A stretch of 64,000 bases of DNA, taken from assembly GCF_006345805.1 (NCBI RefSeq), contig NC_043006.1, positions 75,764,001 through 75,828,000 of the forward strand, in the 5' to 3' direction. Below are positions 25,025 to 37,912 of this stretch, piece by piece. The position numbers and the translations under genes were made by a program. The notes under the pieces are model-generated. The model did no database searches. It was not told the origin of the DNA and was given only the letters and a program-made list of their open reading frames with translations. Each line of letters starts with the position of its first letter. Position 1 is the stretch's first letter. This DNA comes from Octopus sinensis (taxonomy: Eukaryota).

Positions 25025-26541
25025 ACCCTTTACTCTTTACACTTTTACCTCACGTTCTAAACCTATCTGTCGCTCCTTTGATACGTCCTAAATTATTAAT
25101 TTGGAAGACATCTTTATTAGTTAAAATAAAGTCTTGAGTTCTTACAAGACTCGTTTTATCGAGACATAGTAAACTGGAGATTTTCCGTATCTGTCATAAA
25201 CCAAACAGGAATTATTATTGCGCTTATGTAGACAGGTTATTCTTAGGAGGTAAAATTTTGTAAGCATTTCATTTTCTTTTACCCAGTTTATAGTCAAATA
25301 AATTATCCCATTAATGCACTTTAAGTCAAGTCTCTTAAAGCAACACAATATGTCTCCCAGCCTTCGGACTTTTGTTTATATATGGTATCAATATCATTAG
25401 CTTCATGTGACGGCTGTAAATATCTAAATATGATTTCACTGAGAGATATATATCGTATTGAAATGTATATGACATTTGGTTTTAATCTCCGAATGATGAT
25501 ATATTACATTGAAAGATTTATGTGTTTGGTGTTATATTATTGACTTTTGAAACTTATTTATATCGCTTTAAATATTTTTTTCATTCAAACGATTTTATCT
25601 GACCATTTAAAGAATAATTCGAAGGCTTCTGAATTCACGTTCTTTCTTTTCCAGCGCCATATATCTTTCGTTTAGATTATAATTGAATCATTCATTTCAA
25701 TCAATCATTCACCTTAGACTACAATATGTCGTCGTTGTCTTACATGTGATAGAAATTACTCAAACTGTATTATCTAAATTGCAATCAATTTCTGATTTTC
25801 TAACTAAATTTCACGTTAAAATTATATCTCACTGAGCAAATGATATTTCGTGGAAATCCATTCAACATTTCAAATTTTTTTGGAGAATTTTGCTGGCATA
25901 AGGGAAATGAATGACACTAAACCATGAATTAAGGTTGATTTTGGTTAGTAATTAGAAGTGATTGGCGGTTGTTGTTCATTTAAATATTTATAGTTGTGCA
26001 ATGGAACCTGTCAAAATTCTTTCTACAAACACTTCAAATTACGATCTAAAATTATATCTCCCATAGGAACAATATTTAGTTAAGCTCTAGCTTTACCTTT
26101 TTTACAGTTTCACAGAATATTATCCGTATTGATGGTGTAAAGAAAGTGAATGATCCTAAAGCATGAACCGAAGTCTGAATATAGTAAATTCCGATCCCGA
26201 GAATTTCTGATAATCAAAGAATATGGCGGGGCGAGTGGCTGTTATCCTTCATCTGATTAAAAATAAAAATTACGTATCGCATGTGTGACTTTATCAGAAT
26301 TAAATTCGTTACAAGCATTCATTTCCGGTGTCTCTGATTCAAGGGTATCTTACTCTCCACCTCGTTCTATCCAGTATTAAAAAAGGGAAATGGGACCTGA
26401 ACTTCTACATCTACATCAGAGTAAATAATAAAATCAGTATTGTTCAGCATGTTTACTAATATTTATAGTTAATACATATTGCATGTACTTAATGAGACAA
26501 ATTAACGAAATCATTAAATGTTTAATACTAAATTCCGTGTA

Positions 26542-26900
26542 TGGCGGCGAGCTGGCAGAAATGTTAGCACGACGGGAGAAATGTTTAGCGGTATTTCGTC
26601 TGCCGCTACGTTCTGAGTTCAAATTCCGCCGAGGTCGACCTTGCCTTTCATCCTTTCGGAGTCAATAAATTAAATACCAGTTACGCACTGGGGTCGATAT
26701 AATCGACTTAATCAGTTTGTCTTTCCTTGTCTGGCCCCTCTGTGTGTAGCCCCTTGTGGGCAGTAAAGAAATAGATATTTTGTCTGTCTTTTCGTTCTGA
26801 GCTCAAATTCCACCGAGGTCGACTTTGTCTTTCAGGAGTCGATAAATTGGGTACCAGTTGCGCACTGGGGTCGATCTAAGCGAATGTCCCTCTCCCTCAA
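26542..26900 (+). mobile_element. SINE type A with duplicated body
   Basis: Canonical head GGCGGCGAGCTGGCAGAAATGTTAGC, B-box GAGTTCAAATTCC, second body from about 26770. Confidence 0.92.
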
Positions 26901-26957
26901 AATTTCGTGTTTTCTAACTAGAGTAGAGAATAGAAAAGAATATTAAATTCCATGTAA

Positions 26958-27170
26958 GGTGGTAAGCTGGCAGAATCGTTACCACACCAGACAAAATGCT
27001 TAGAGGCATTTCGTCCATCTTTTCGTTCTGAGTTCAAATTCCACCGAGGTCCACTTTGCTTTTCATCCTTTTTGTGGTCTATAAAATAAGTACCAGTTAA
27101 GCAACGGGGACGATTTAATCGACTAAGCTCCGCTTTCAAAACTGCTGGCCTCGTGCTAAAATTTGAAACC
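26958..27170 (+). mobile_element. SINE type A, diverged
   Basis: GGTGGTAAGCTGGCAGAATCGTT...GAGTTCAAATTCCACCGAGGTC...tail GCTGGCCTCGTGCTAAAATTTGAAACC. Confidence 0.8.
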
Positions 27171-27509
27171 AATATTATGGCGGGTATTTCATTCATATCA
27201 GGTTCACAAAAGTTTACTCGTGATAAAACTGAATTTAGTTCAATCATATTTTTCATCCACTCTCATTTTGCGCTCCTTTCGTACCGGCTCTCCAGTTTTC
27301 TCATCAATCAGCACTTCACCCCACCAAATCTATTTCGTCATATTCACATACAGCCAAAGCAACAACACTAAGTTTTGCTGTTTAATAAATTGTCTGTGTG
27401 TATGAACGCTTGTAACATAACCTTGACCAAATAGCATGTCTCATATAGAACACAGAAGGTAAGGCTTTTTCCCTCGTTCACATTGTGTTAGTTTAAAACT
27501 AGATATTAA

Positions 27510-27800
27510 GGTCTTCAGCAGATGACTAGCTCTACACACAGACACGCTGTAGTCTTTGGTGCAAGGCACAATCTCCTCTCTCTACGTTTCCTACAGCAAC
27601 TACAACGGAGACTGCTTATCGGACCTGGCCTCACTCATACCACCTCAATTCAAGTATTCCCAATCAACCTCCCATCCTCCTTGTGGTGTCCAGTTTCTGG
27701 CCTCCACACCAATCCCTATACTCACTTCTTTCAACCTAGAACGTCAGCTTTTTGAAATTACATTCCTGTTCATCGATTTCCTGCAGGTAATGAATGATTC
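27510..27800 (+). mobile_element. 3'-end fragment of a CR1/Jockey-like LINE ORF2
   Basis: Translations SLYVSYSNYNGDCLSDLASLIPPQFKYSQST...HTNPYTHFFQPRTSAF resemble the C-terminus of such ORF2 proteins (by recall). Confidence 0.55.
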
Positions 27801-28002
27801 GAAAAGTTCGAAAGGGAGACCTGCGAAGACTATGTGCTGTTTCACTTCCCCTTAATCTAATAGATAAAAGATAACACAAAGCAAACAGCAAAACATTACT
27901 ACGGAGTTTTTTCTTTTTTTTTTTGCTATCTTAGTGGACCAAAATCTTTAAAGGTCTTTAGTTTCTTTAATACAACCAAAAACCTTAAAGAATCGTTTAT
28001 CT

Positions 28003-28400
28003 TTTTATATTTTACTTGTTTCAGTCATTAGACTGCGGCCATGCTGGGGTACCACCTTGAATATTTAGTCAAATGAATCGACTCCATTTCTTTTTTTAAA
28101 GTTTGGTATTTATTCAAGCGGTCTTCTGCCGAACTGCTAAGTTACGGGGATACTAACACATCAACACCGGTTGTGAAGTCGTGGTGGTAGGGGGACAGAC
28201 ACAAAGATACACTCACACATACATAGATACGTATATATGTATGTATATATATGTATATATAAATATATATACGACGGGCTTTTCCGTCTGCTTTAGTCGG
28301 CCCAAGGATATAGTACAAGACATTTGCCCGACGTACCACGCAGTGGACTTGAATCTGGAACCGTGTGGTTGTGAAGCAGGCTTCTTACCACACGGGCGCC
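28003..28400 (-). mobile_element. SINE type C
   Basis: CAGTCATTAGACTGCGGCCATGCTGG...GAACTGCTAAGTTACGGGGA...GAATCTGGAACCGTGTGGTT. Confidence 0.85.
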
Positions 28401-29602
28401 TCTGCGCCTATCTTCTTTTTACAGTTAAGAAAATCGATCCAACGCCATTCATTTTATAGTTTAAGATACAGCACTTCGAGACACTATGATAACTACGATG
28501 GTAACTGAAATAAAATAAAATCTCAAATTCTCGTGAAAATATGAAATTCGGCAAAATTTGTACTGAAGTTTCTTTATCAAGATGAACGTTAATTGCGTAA
28601 TTAGTAGCTACACAGTTGATGATGTTTGGCATTGTGGAATATTCTGAATACAAGTTTTAGTGTTGCAATGTACAAATCTTTAATGGATTGTTATAAATGT
28701 GTAAATTAAATGAGAAAAGACGTATTTCTAATAATATTCTATATAAAGCACCAAGCTATACATATTTTCATTTATCAGTTAGTTTATAGAACTATTATGC
28801 AAGTTTCTGTAGAACAAAACACACTCTCTCGCAATTCATTATTCAAATTCTCGTATTTCAAAGAGGCTAAAAGATTAATTTGAAATATAAACTACTTAAC
28901 TGTCAATGAGACACAAAATATTTTACATAATTTAATTCAAAACAATGGGGAAACATTGAATGAGGTTTGTGTAAGATGTACGTGAGAAGCATTAATATAG
29001 ACACAAGAATCTCCTAATGAGCGCCACTGAATCTTTAATACAATACAGAATAATTTACGAAAACATTAAACAAACAGGAATCCATGCGTTTTCTAAATAT
29101 ATTTAATCATATAATCTTTTAAACGAATATTTGTGTTGTACTTCTAAGTAAATTTCAAAATTATATGTATTATCAAACGACATATAGTAAAGTGCATGCG
29201 ATGCTATATGATATATCACATTGGCTCTCTAGTAAGGAAATGAAATGTGACTTCATTGTAAAACTATTTCTCTATTTGGTTATTAAACATTTTATATTGC
29301 AATTGGGGAATTATAGTCTCTTAATTACCGACTTACGCAGCGCCAATTATTGTTTCAGTATATCACGTTTTTAACTCGATACGGGACACATAGCCCAAGG
29401 GAATTCGTTAATAAAGCACTAGTTTTGCTTTTGCCAATATCTGCCTATCGATAAAAGACACATAGACAGACAAACATTCAGACAGATACAGACGGATACA
29501 CGCACACACGTACTTGCGCACCAACGCGCACCAACGCACACACTACAAACATTTACATATGCACATGAATGTGAATGCAAATATACATATATATATATAC
29601 AT

Positions 29603-29913
29603 TACGGAGATGTACTTGCATAGCAAGAGACCTGATCTGAGATCGTGTGCTGGAACGAACACAATTGCAGCGTGGAAGGTGTTTATAAGCCATTTAAGAA
29701 ATACACAAAAAACCATTAGACTTACTTCAATATTTAAATTTAATTTGCCAAAATATTTTCGTCGCTTTGAAACCGCGACCTGTTCACTGAAAAAATTGAT
29801 GCAGCACGTAATTTTGTGTGTGAAGAGGTCGCGGTCTCAAAGCGACGAAAATATTTTGACAATTTAAATTCAAATGCTGAAGTGAATCTAACCGTTTTTG
29901 TGTGTTTTTTAAA
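29603..29913. mobile_element. Palindromic fold-back element with two mirror hammerhead-like motifs (29744-29794 on -, 29812-29862 on +)
   Basis: Arms mirror around about 29803; a second copy lies at 37237-37507. Confidence 0.8.
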
Positions 29914-30149
29914 CGTATTATAAAATTATGATTAGGGGTTAGCTAATTGCTTCACCACGCACCGAGTTTAGAAATAGGAGCTAAAATTCCTTTTCTACTA
30001 CCATAATGATCTCCCAGACAGTAACACACTTTTTTACGTAGGCAAAAAGAAAAAATAGCGAATCCACGTCTCAGATTAGCTACATACGCGTTTCGAGGTT
30101 AAAGTAAAGTTATATTTACTAACTTAATTCTAACTTATTCCCCAATGCG

Positions 30150-30905
30150 GCGGAAGACATCTTGAAGAACGTACGCATGCATTAAACTGGACACTAGATG
30201 TATACGCCACCACCATCCTACAAAGAGCCCTCGACCGCATGAAGAAGCAGAAGTCCCGTGACCCAGACAACATCCCAGTAGAACTTCTAAAATATGCTGG
30301 AGTACTATTAAACTCCAGTCTGTTCACATTGATTTTCCGAATGTGGAAGAACCACCATTTTCCCAAAGACCTCAAGGATGCTGTTATCATCACCATCTTC
30401 AAACAATGAGATAGAAATATATGTGGGAACTATCGTGGAATCTCTGCTCTCTATCGCATGGAAAATCTTTGCAAGTCTCTTTCTAGAAAAAGAATAGAAA
30501 CCAACAAAAAAACCCCATATATTTTGTTTTCTACATCAAAAATATCTTTGATACCGTTTCAAGGCCCTCCGACGCTTCGACTGCCCCTATCAGTTCATTT
30601 CCCTAGTATAGGATTTACAAGACGGTGTGCCTGGAACCATCTTCCATCAAAGCCAACTCTCTGAAGACTTTCCCATCTCTGGAAGATTAAAACAAGGATG
30701 CGTTTTGGCGCCGACGCTCTTCTCTCTGTACCTTGCAGCAGTGTTTCATGAACTGCGTTCGGACAATCTAGGAGTCAACATTAGGTACCGATATGACGGG
30801 GGCATGTTTCAACCTTGCCAGATTGAAGTCACGAAGACTAAACAAGAAGCAAAAGATCATTTCAGTATGCTGATGACAACGCAGCGATCTGCCACTCCAG
30901 TGAAC
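30150..30905 (+). mobile_element. RTE-clade LINE reverse transcriptase fragment, degenerate
   Basis: Manual translation MKKQKSRDPDNIPVELLKY...FPKDLKDAVIITIFKQ*DRNICGNYRGIS, and ORF 30627 RLKQGCVLAPTLFSLY...GVNIRYRYDG. Confidence 0.85.
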
Positions 30906-30916
30906 AGCTCTACAAT

Positions 30917-30980
30917 CGTGTGTGTGTATGTGTGTGTGTGTGTGTATGTGTGTGTGTGTGCATGTGTGTGTGTGTGTGTG

Positions 30981-31017
<37 letters not shown>

Positions 31018-33197
31018 GCGTTTACTATCATACTATAAAGAGCAGTGTACTCTTTTGAATTGGAACAAAGCTATACATTCACTGCGATGAACCTAATTGT
31101 TCGTACTGATATGAGAAGATATCTTGTGTATTTCATCGATACCAGACAAAGAAAGGTTCTACTTAATGGCGATTGGAAATTCAGAAAGAACTAGAATAAG
31201 ATAAATACTGATAGGTTTAATACTTTCCGTCACAAATACAATATTATAGATTTATCTTTTCATTTGACCAGACTAACCTGTCAGTCCTTTTGCTTTATTC
31301 TTACACCAGTCATTCCATTATTTAGAGTATTTTGTCCCATGTTTTCACGATTTCAGCAAAGCAAATAATTGCTTTAAACTTCGGCACAACGCCAGGAATT
31401 TTGAGGAGAGCAGGATAAGTCGATTACATCGATTACTGGCGCCAGTATTTGACAGGAACTTTGTGTTATTTAATCTGGAGTAATGAAAGACAAAGCGGAC
31501 CTCGACGGAATTCAAACATGGTACATAAAGAGCAGAAAGAAATACTGGAAACTATTTCGTCCGACACCCTAAATACTTAGTCAATTCACAGTACTTTTCA
31601 ATATAAATATTGATATACTGAAACAAATAAAAGAAAAAAGATAAAACTTGTACCTGAGATTGTAGGATATTAATTCCTTATTCGCTTTGTTTATATTTTA
31701 TATTTTCAATAAACAGTAATGTGTGATTTGAGGGAGATATGACTGCTATTTCTAGCACATCAAATAACCTCATAGACGTCCCAGCTATTGGTTGTGTGAA
31801 TTGTGGTAGAGTGGGTAAGTATTGTATTGCTTGCACCATCAATGATTGCGCAATTATCTAAGAACATGACTGTGGAGACGGATTACAGTCTAGTGCACAG
31901 GACAGTTCACTCATTGCTGAAACATTCATTGTCTGAGTGAGGAAAAAAAAGTGAATTTCTCAAAAACTGTAATTAGCCAATTTCCAATTATATATATATA
32001 TATATATATATCCATGCATACTTACATAAATACATGCATACAAAAATATATGTATATATATATATATGTGTGTGTGTGTGTATGTGTGTGTGTGTGCATG
32101 TGTGTGTGTGTGTGTGTGTGAGTGTGTGTGTGTGTGTGGTGTGTGTGTGTGTGTGTTGCGTTTACTATCATACTATAAAGAGCAGTGTACTCTTTTGAAT
32201 TGGAACAAAGCTATACATTCACTGCGATGAACCTAATTGTTCGTACTGATATGAGAAGATATCTTGTGTATTTCATCGATACCAGACAAAGAAAGGTTCT
32301 ACTTAATGGCGATTGGAAATTCAGAAAGAACTAGAATAAGATAAATACTGATAGGTTTAATACTTTCCGTCACAAATACAATATTATAGATTTATCTTTT
32401 CATTTGACCAGACTAACCTGTCAGTCCTTTTGCTTTATTCTTACACCAGTCATTCCATTATTTAGAGTATTTTGTCCCATGTTTTCACGATTTCAGCAAA
32501 GCAAATAATTGCTTTAAACTTCGGCACAACGCCAGGAATTTTGAGGAGAGCAGGATAAGTCGATTACATCGATTACTGGCGCCAGTATTTGACAGGAACT
32601 TTGTGTTATTTAATCTGGAGTAATGAAAGACAAAGCGGACCTCGACGGAATTCAAACATGGTACATAAAGAGCAGAAAGAAATACTGGAAACTATTTCGT
32701 CCGACACCCTAAATACTTAGTCAATTCACAGTACTTTTCAATATAAATATTGATATACTGAAACAAATAAAAGAAAAAAGATAAAACTTGTACCTGAGAT
32801 TGTAGGATATTAATTCCTTATTCGCTTTGTTTATATTTTATATTTTCAATAAACAGTAATGTGTGATTTGAGGGAGATATGACTGCTATTTCTAGCACAT
32901 CAAATAACCTCATAGACGTCCCAGCTATTGGTTGTGTGAATTGTGGTAGAGTGGGTAAGTATTGTATTGCTTGCACCATCAATGATTGCGCAATTATCTA
33001 AGAACATGACTGTGGAGACGGATTACAGTCTAGTGCACAGGACAGTTCACTCATTGCTGAAACATTCATTGTCTGAGTGAGGAAAAAAAAGTGAATTTCT
33101 CAAAAACTGTAATTAGCCAATTTCCAATTATATATATATATTATATATATATATATCCATGCATACTTACATAAATACATGCATACAAAAATATATG

Positions 33198-33232
<35 letters not shown>
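30917..33232. repeat. Tandem duplication, 1140-bp unit, bounded by (GT)n/(TA)n tracts
   Basis: 31021-31990 and 32161-33130 appear identical by eye at a 1140-bp offset. Confidence 0.95.
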
Positions 33233-33273
<41 letters not shown>

Positions 33274-33400
33274 ATATAGATCAGTATATGTGTGTGTATA
33301 TATAATATATATATATATATTTGATATATGCATAATACATAAGTATACATATATATATAATATATGTATGTGTATATGTATATACATATATATATATATA

Positions 33401-33452
<52 letters not shown>

Positions 33453-33631
33453 ATGTATATATATATATATATAATATAAATTAATATATGTGTGTGCATA
33501 TATAATATATATGATATATGCATAATATATAAGCATACATATATTATATATATATGTGTGTGGATATATGTATATATATGTATGCATATGTATATTCATA
33601 TCTTTATATGTATATGTATATATGTATATAT

Positions 33632-33680
<49 letters not shown>
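33200..33680. repeat. Long compound (TA)n/(TG)n low-complexity tract
   Basis: Seen directly; it is the source of the IY-rich ORFs. Confidence 0.95.
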
Positions 33681-34679
33681 CGGGAAGATGAGCTTAATTA
33701 ACGAAATGGCGTCGTGAAAGTTAGACGAAGTTAATGTACAGCTGAAGTACGTATATGTTTTATTAAAGTTATGTAAGCTATAGAGAGAGAGAACGATGAT
33801 CTGAAAATGGCAAACATCAAGAAAAAACAAGATAAGTAGGTAAGTGGTGGGAATGGACAGGTTTGTGGGAGACAGAGAGACAAACTGCTATAAAGAGATT
33901 AAAATTTGTAGGAATAAAAATGAGATTAGAAGTAGAAAGCAGAGAAGAAAATCATGAAATAATGAAAGAAAGCACGAGACCAAAATATAAAGAAGAATAT
34001 AAATTAAAAATAATAAATAATATATAAACAAACTAAGATGATGAATAAAATAATTTAATAAATAAATGAAAGTTGAAATTGAAAATAATTAGCAGGAGAC
34101 AATAGATAAAAAGATAGATAGAGACCCGAGTTTTCAAATGAAGAGAAAACGATTGAGAGCAAATGAGAGTTTGATAAAGAGGTTTTGAGAGAAAGAGAGA
34201 GAGAGGGGGGGGGCAAAGAGAAACTGAGATACAGTGGAGTCTTTAGCAAAATATCAGCAAAAGCGTAGGAAACTTCAGTGAAATTTGTTTATTGTGATCA
34301 ATTGGCACGGACATGTTTTTGATTTTTTTTATATAACAATAACAAGTTGATAACATAAACTTGAAAATAAAGCTGTATCATGAGCACATTTGTGCTTGAG
34401 TACTGAATTCCAAAAAAAAAAAAAGAAAAAAAACAGAATAAAAAGAGCAAAAAAAAACAAACAAACAAAACAGACAAAAATTACGTCATAGCATTATCTA
34501 TGATTAAAATAAATAGCATCCACTATATTTAAAGATGACAGCAAAGAAGATAAATTCAGAGCTTTAACGTGGTGATACGATCTAATGCTATTAGCAATCG
34601 AATCTCCTGCAAAATAGACACTGACCTTACAATAAAGGTAAGAACAATCCTTTCTACCATAGGCACAAGGCAAGAAATT

Positions 34680-34985
34680 TGTTGGAATTAAGATCAACCC
34701 CAGTACACAACTGGTACTTAATTCATCGACCACGAAAATGAGCCGTTTCTTATTTCTTTATTGCCCACAAGGGGTTAAATATAGAGGGGACATACAAGGG
34801 CATACAAAGGAATTAAGTCGATTATATCGACTCCAGTACATAACTGGGACTTTAATTTATCGACTCAGAAATGATGAAAGGCAAAGTCGACATCGGCGGA
34901 AGTTGAACTCAGAACATAAAAACAGACGAAATACCTCTAAGCATTTCGCCTGATGTACTAACGATTCTGTCAGCTCGTCCGAGAA
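34680..34985 (-). mobile_element. SINE type A, chimeric
   Basis: Central domain and head present; carries a 112-bp segment duplicated from 35809-35920. Confidence 0.8.
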
Positions 34986-35116
34986 TAATACATTCGGGCG
35001 TACACTAGCTTTGAAAATATGTTGGCATGGTCATGGCTAGAAAGTTTTTAAATATATGCTCTTTCAGTATATATATGAGGCTAAACCAGAACAAAATATA
35101 TCAAAAGCACTTACAC

Positions 35117-35521
35117 TTTTATTCTTTTACTTGTTTCAATCATTTGACTGCGGCCATGCTGGAGCACCGCCTTTTAGTCGAGCAAATCGACTCCAGGACT
35201 TATTGTTTGTAAGCCTAGTACTTATTCTATCGGTCACTTTTGCCGAACCGCTAAGTTACGGGGACGTACACACACCAGCATCGGTTGTCAAGCGATGTTG
35301 GGGGGGGGGACAAACACAGACACACAAACGTATACACACACACACACACATATATATATACATACATACGACGGGCTTCTTTCAGTTTCCGTCTACCAAA
35401 TCCACTCACAAAGCTTTGGTCGCTCCGAGGCTATAGTAGAAGACACTTGCCCAAGGTGCTACGCAGTGGGACTGAACCCGGAACCGTGTGATGGTAAGCA
35501 AGCTACTTACCACACAGCCAC
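35117..35521 (-). mobile_element. SINE type C, full length, young-looking
   Basis: Reverse complement head GTGGCTGTGTGGTAAGTAGCTTGC...GGTTCAGTCCC...CCTTGGGCAAGTGTC (CORE-like) through the A-rich tail. Confidence 0.92.
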
Positions 35522-35824
35522 TAACAGATTTGTGAGGCAATGAGCTGGCACAATAGTTAACACGCCGAGCAAAAATACTTAGAGATATTTTGTCTGTCTT
35601 TAAGTTCTGAGTTTAACTTCCTCCGAGGTCAACCTTGCTTTTTGGGATCGATAAAATAACAAGTGCCAGCTGAGTACTGAGTTTGATCGAATCGATTTAC
35701 CCATCCGCTGATATGATCGGCGTTTTATCGATTCTGCCAGCTTGCCGCCTTAAAAGCAGTGACAAGATAACAGAAGACAAATAGGTGACACATGAAAAAA
35801 TTTGTCAGAAAATGAGCCGTTTCT

Positions 35825-36219
35825 TATTTCTTTATTACCCACAAGGAGCTAAACATAGAGGGGACATACAAGGGCATACAAAGGAATTAAGTCGATTATA
35901 TCGACTCCAGTACATAACTGTTGAAACGCAAAAGGATGAAAGGCAAAGTCGACCTCGGCGGAATTTGAACGCAGAATTTAACGGTAGACGAAATACTTAT
36001 TTCTTTACTACCAACAAGGGGCTAAACACAGAGAGGATAAACAAGGACAGACAAACGGATTAAACCGACCCCAGTGCATAACTGTTACTTATTTAATCGA
36101 CCCCGAAAGGATGAAAGGCAAATTCGACCTCAGCGGAATTTGAACTCAGAACGTAGCGGCAGACGAAATACAGCTAAGCATTTCGCCCGGCGTGCTAACG
36201 TTTCTGCCAGCTCGGCTAT
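35825..36219 (-). mobile_element. SINE type A flanked by a 16-bp target-site duplication
   Basis: AAAATGAGCCGTTTCT at 35809-35824 and 36220-36235. Confidence 0.88.
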
Positions 36220-36288
36220 AAAATGAGCCGTTTCTAAGGAATAAAATGCTCTATAGTAAGTGGTAGAAGAAAGCGAAGCCAGAAAGAA

Positions 36289-36348
<60 letters not shown>

Positions 36349-37236
36349 TAGAGAGAGAGATAGGGTGGGAAGAGTGAAAAGCAGAATGGGACATGGAGAG
36401 AGAATGCAAGAGAGAGAAGAGAGTAGGGGAGAGAGAAATAAATGGGGAAGAATGAAAGAGGAAGTCAGATGAAGGGAGTGTAAACAGCACGTTTATACTT
36501 CAAAAGATTCAAAGGTGTGCGTGACTTAAATGGACTTCCTGCTAGAAAAACGACTTTCTAAGTGATACATCACAATCCTCTGTAAATTAATACGAAGAAA
36601 CTGGATTTCTAATGAAACCCTTATACTCCAGAAAGTGTTTACATTTTCTAAAAGCGAAATCGTCGAATAGCATGTAGTGTCCGACTATCATCTGGTTAAT
36701 TACGAGCTGAAAACAATTACCTTCGTTTCGTGTGACAGGAGACTGAGATCAACGAGCTACATTGCAAAAAGCTGTTACAAAGTAGGTGTGAATTTCTGAA
36801 AACATCACCAACTATAAAAGTTCTACCAATCCGAGGAAAAATGTTTGACATGTGAAAATTCACTGCAGGGGCACGGATCTAAAAGGTAGACTTGATAAAA
36901 TTTTCATGCACTGGTAAGATGCAAGATTGTAAACGTGATCAATTACTTACCATTAGACATCGTTGCCTAGACGAATCAGTGTCGATTGACTAACTTTTGC
37001 TGTGCCGTGAAGAGGCTAACTAAACCAAGAAAAGCAGTTTTCCAAAGAAACCATGACACTTAGAATATGTGAGTGGATGGAACTTAAAATGGTGAAAAAT
37101 AAATGTATTATCATTTAAATGACTACAAGATGTAAGGCAAATATCTCATAATAACACAGTGTCTAACAAATTATATATACACATACACCCATACACATAC
37201 ACACACACGCACGCGCATGTGTGTGTATTTATATAT

Positions 37237-37501
37237 AAACAATTGCAGCGTGGAAGGTGTTTATAAGCCATTTAAGAAACATGCAAAAACCGTTAGATTC
37301 ACTTCAACACTGCAGTACGGAATTTTGTCAGTAAACAGGTCGCGGCCTCTAAGCGACGAAAATATTTTAGCAAATTAAATTTAAATGTTGAAGTGAATCT
37401 AACGGATTTTTGTGTTTCTTAAATGGCTTGCAAACACCTTCCATGCTGCAATTGTTTCCGTTCCAGCACACGATCTCAGATCAAGACACTTGCTATACAA
37501 G

Positions 37502-37507
<6 letters not shown>
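37237..37507. mobile_element. Second copy of the 29603 fold-back element, internally deleted
   Basis: Arms 37237-37309 / 37386-37457; ORFs CAGTETIAAWKVF and CAGTNTIAAWKVF show the homology; hammerhead-like motif at 37324-37374. Confidence 0.8.
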
Positions 37508-37573
<66 letters not shown>

Positions 37574-37639
37574 TATATATATACAAAAAAAGGAAAATGC
37601 ACACAGTTTATATAGATTTAATATATTTTTAATATACTT

Positions 37640-37860
37640 CATAAATGAAAGAGTATTGTGTTTGTCGACCGGTTTCGCTTTCACAAATCATGACATTGAA
37701 ATTATTGTAATTTCATATTTTCTTAAGAATATTTTAGTCCATGTCGTGTATGTAGAAGTTTGTGAAAGAACGATTCATCAAGAAAAAAATCTAAGGAGAA
37801 GTAATTGGTGATAGTTATTATTGGGGACAGTGGAGGTTATATTGTGTATTATTCGGGCAG

Positions 37861-37912
<52 letters not shown>

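Noticed and set aside
26542-26625. tRNA-like A/B boxes here and at about 2940-3012 and 56445-56510
   Set aside because: These are SINE heads continuing into SINE bodies; no complete cloverleaf is supported, so they are not called tRNA genes.
14020-36920. Isolated consensus-like splice donors (about 14022, 16620, 16650, 20132, 27459, 33839, 34637, 36790)
   Set aside because: They have no convincing paired acceptor or recognisable peptide, and this number is expected by chance in AT-rich DNA.
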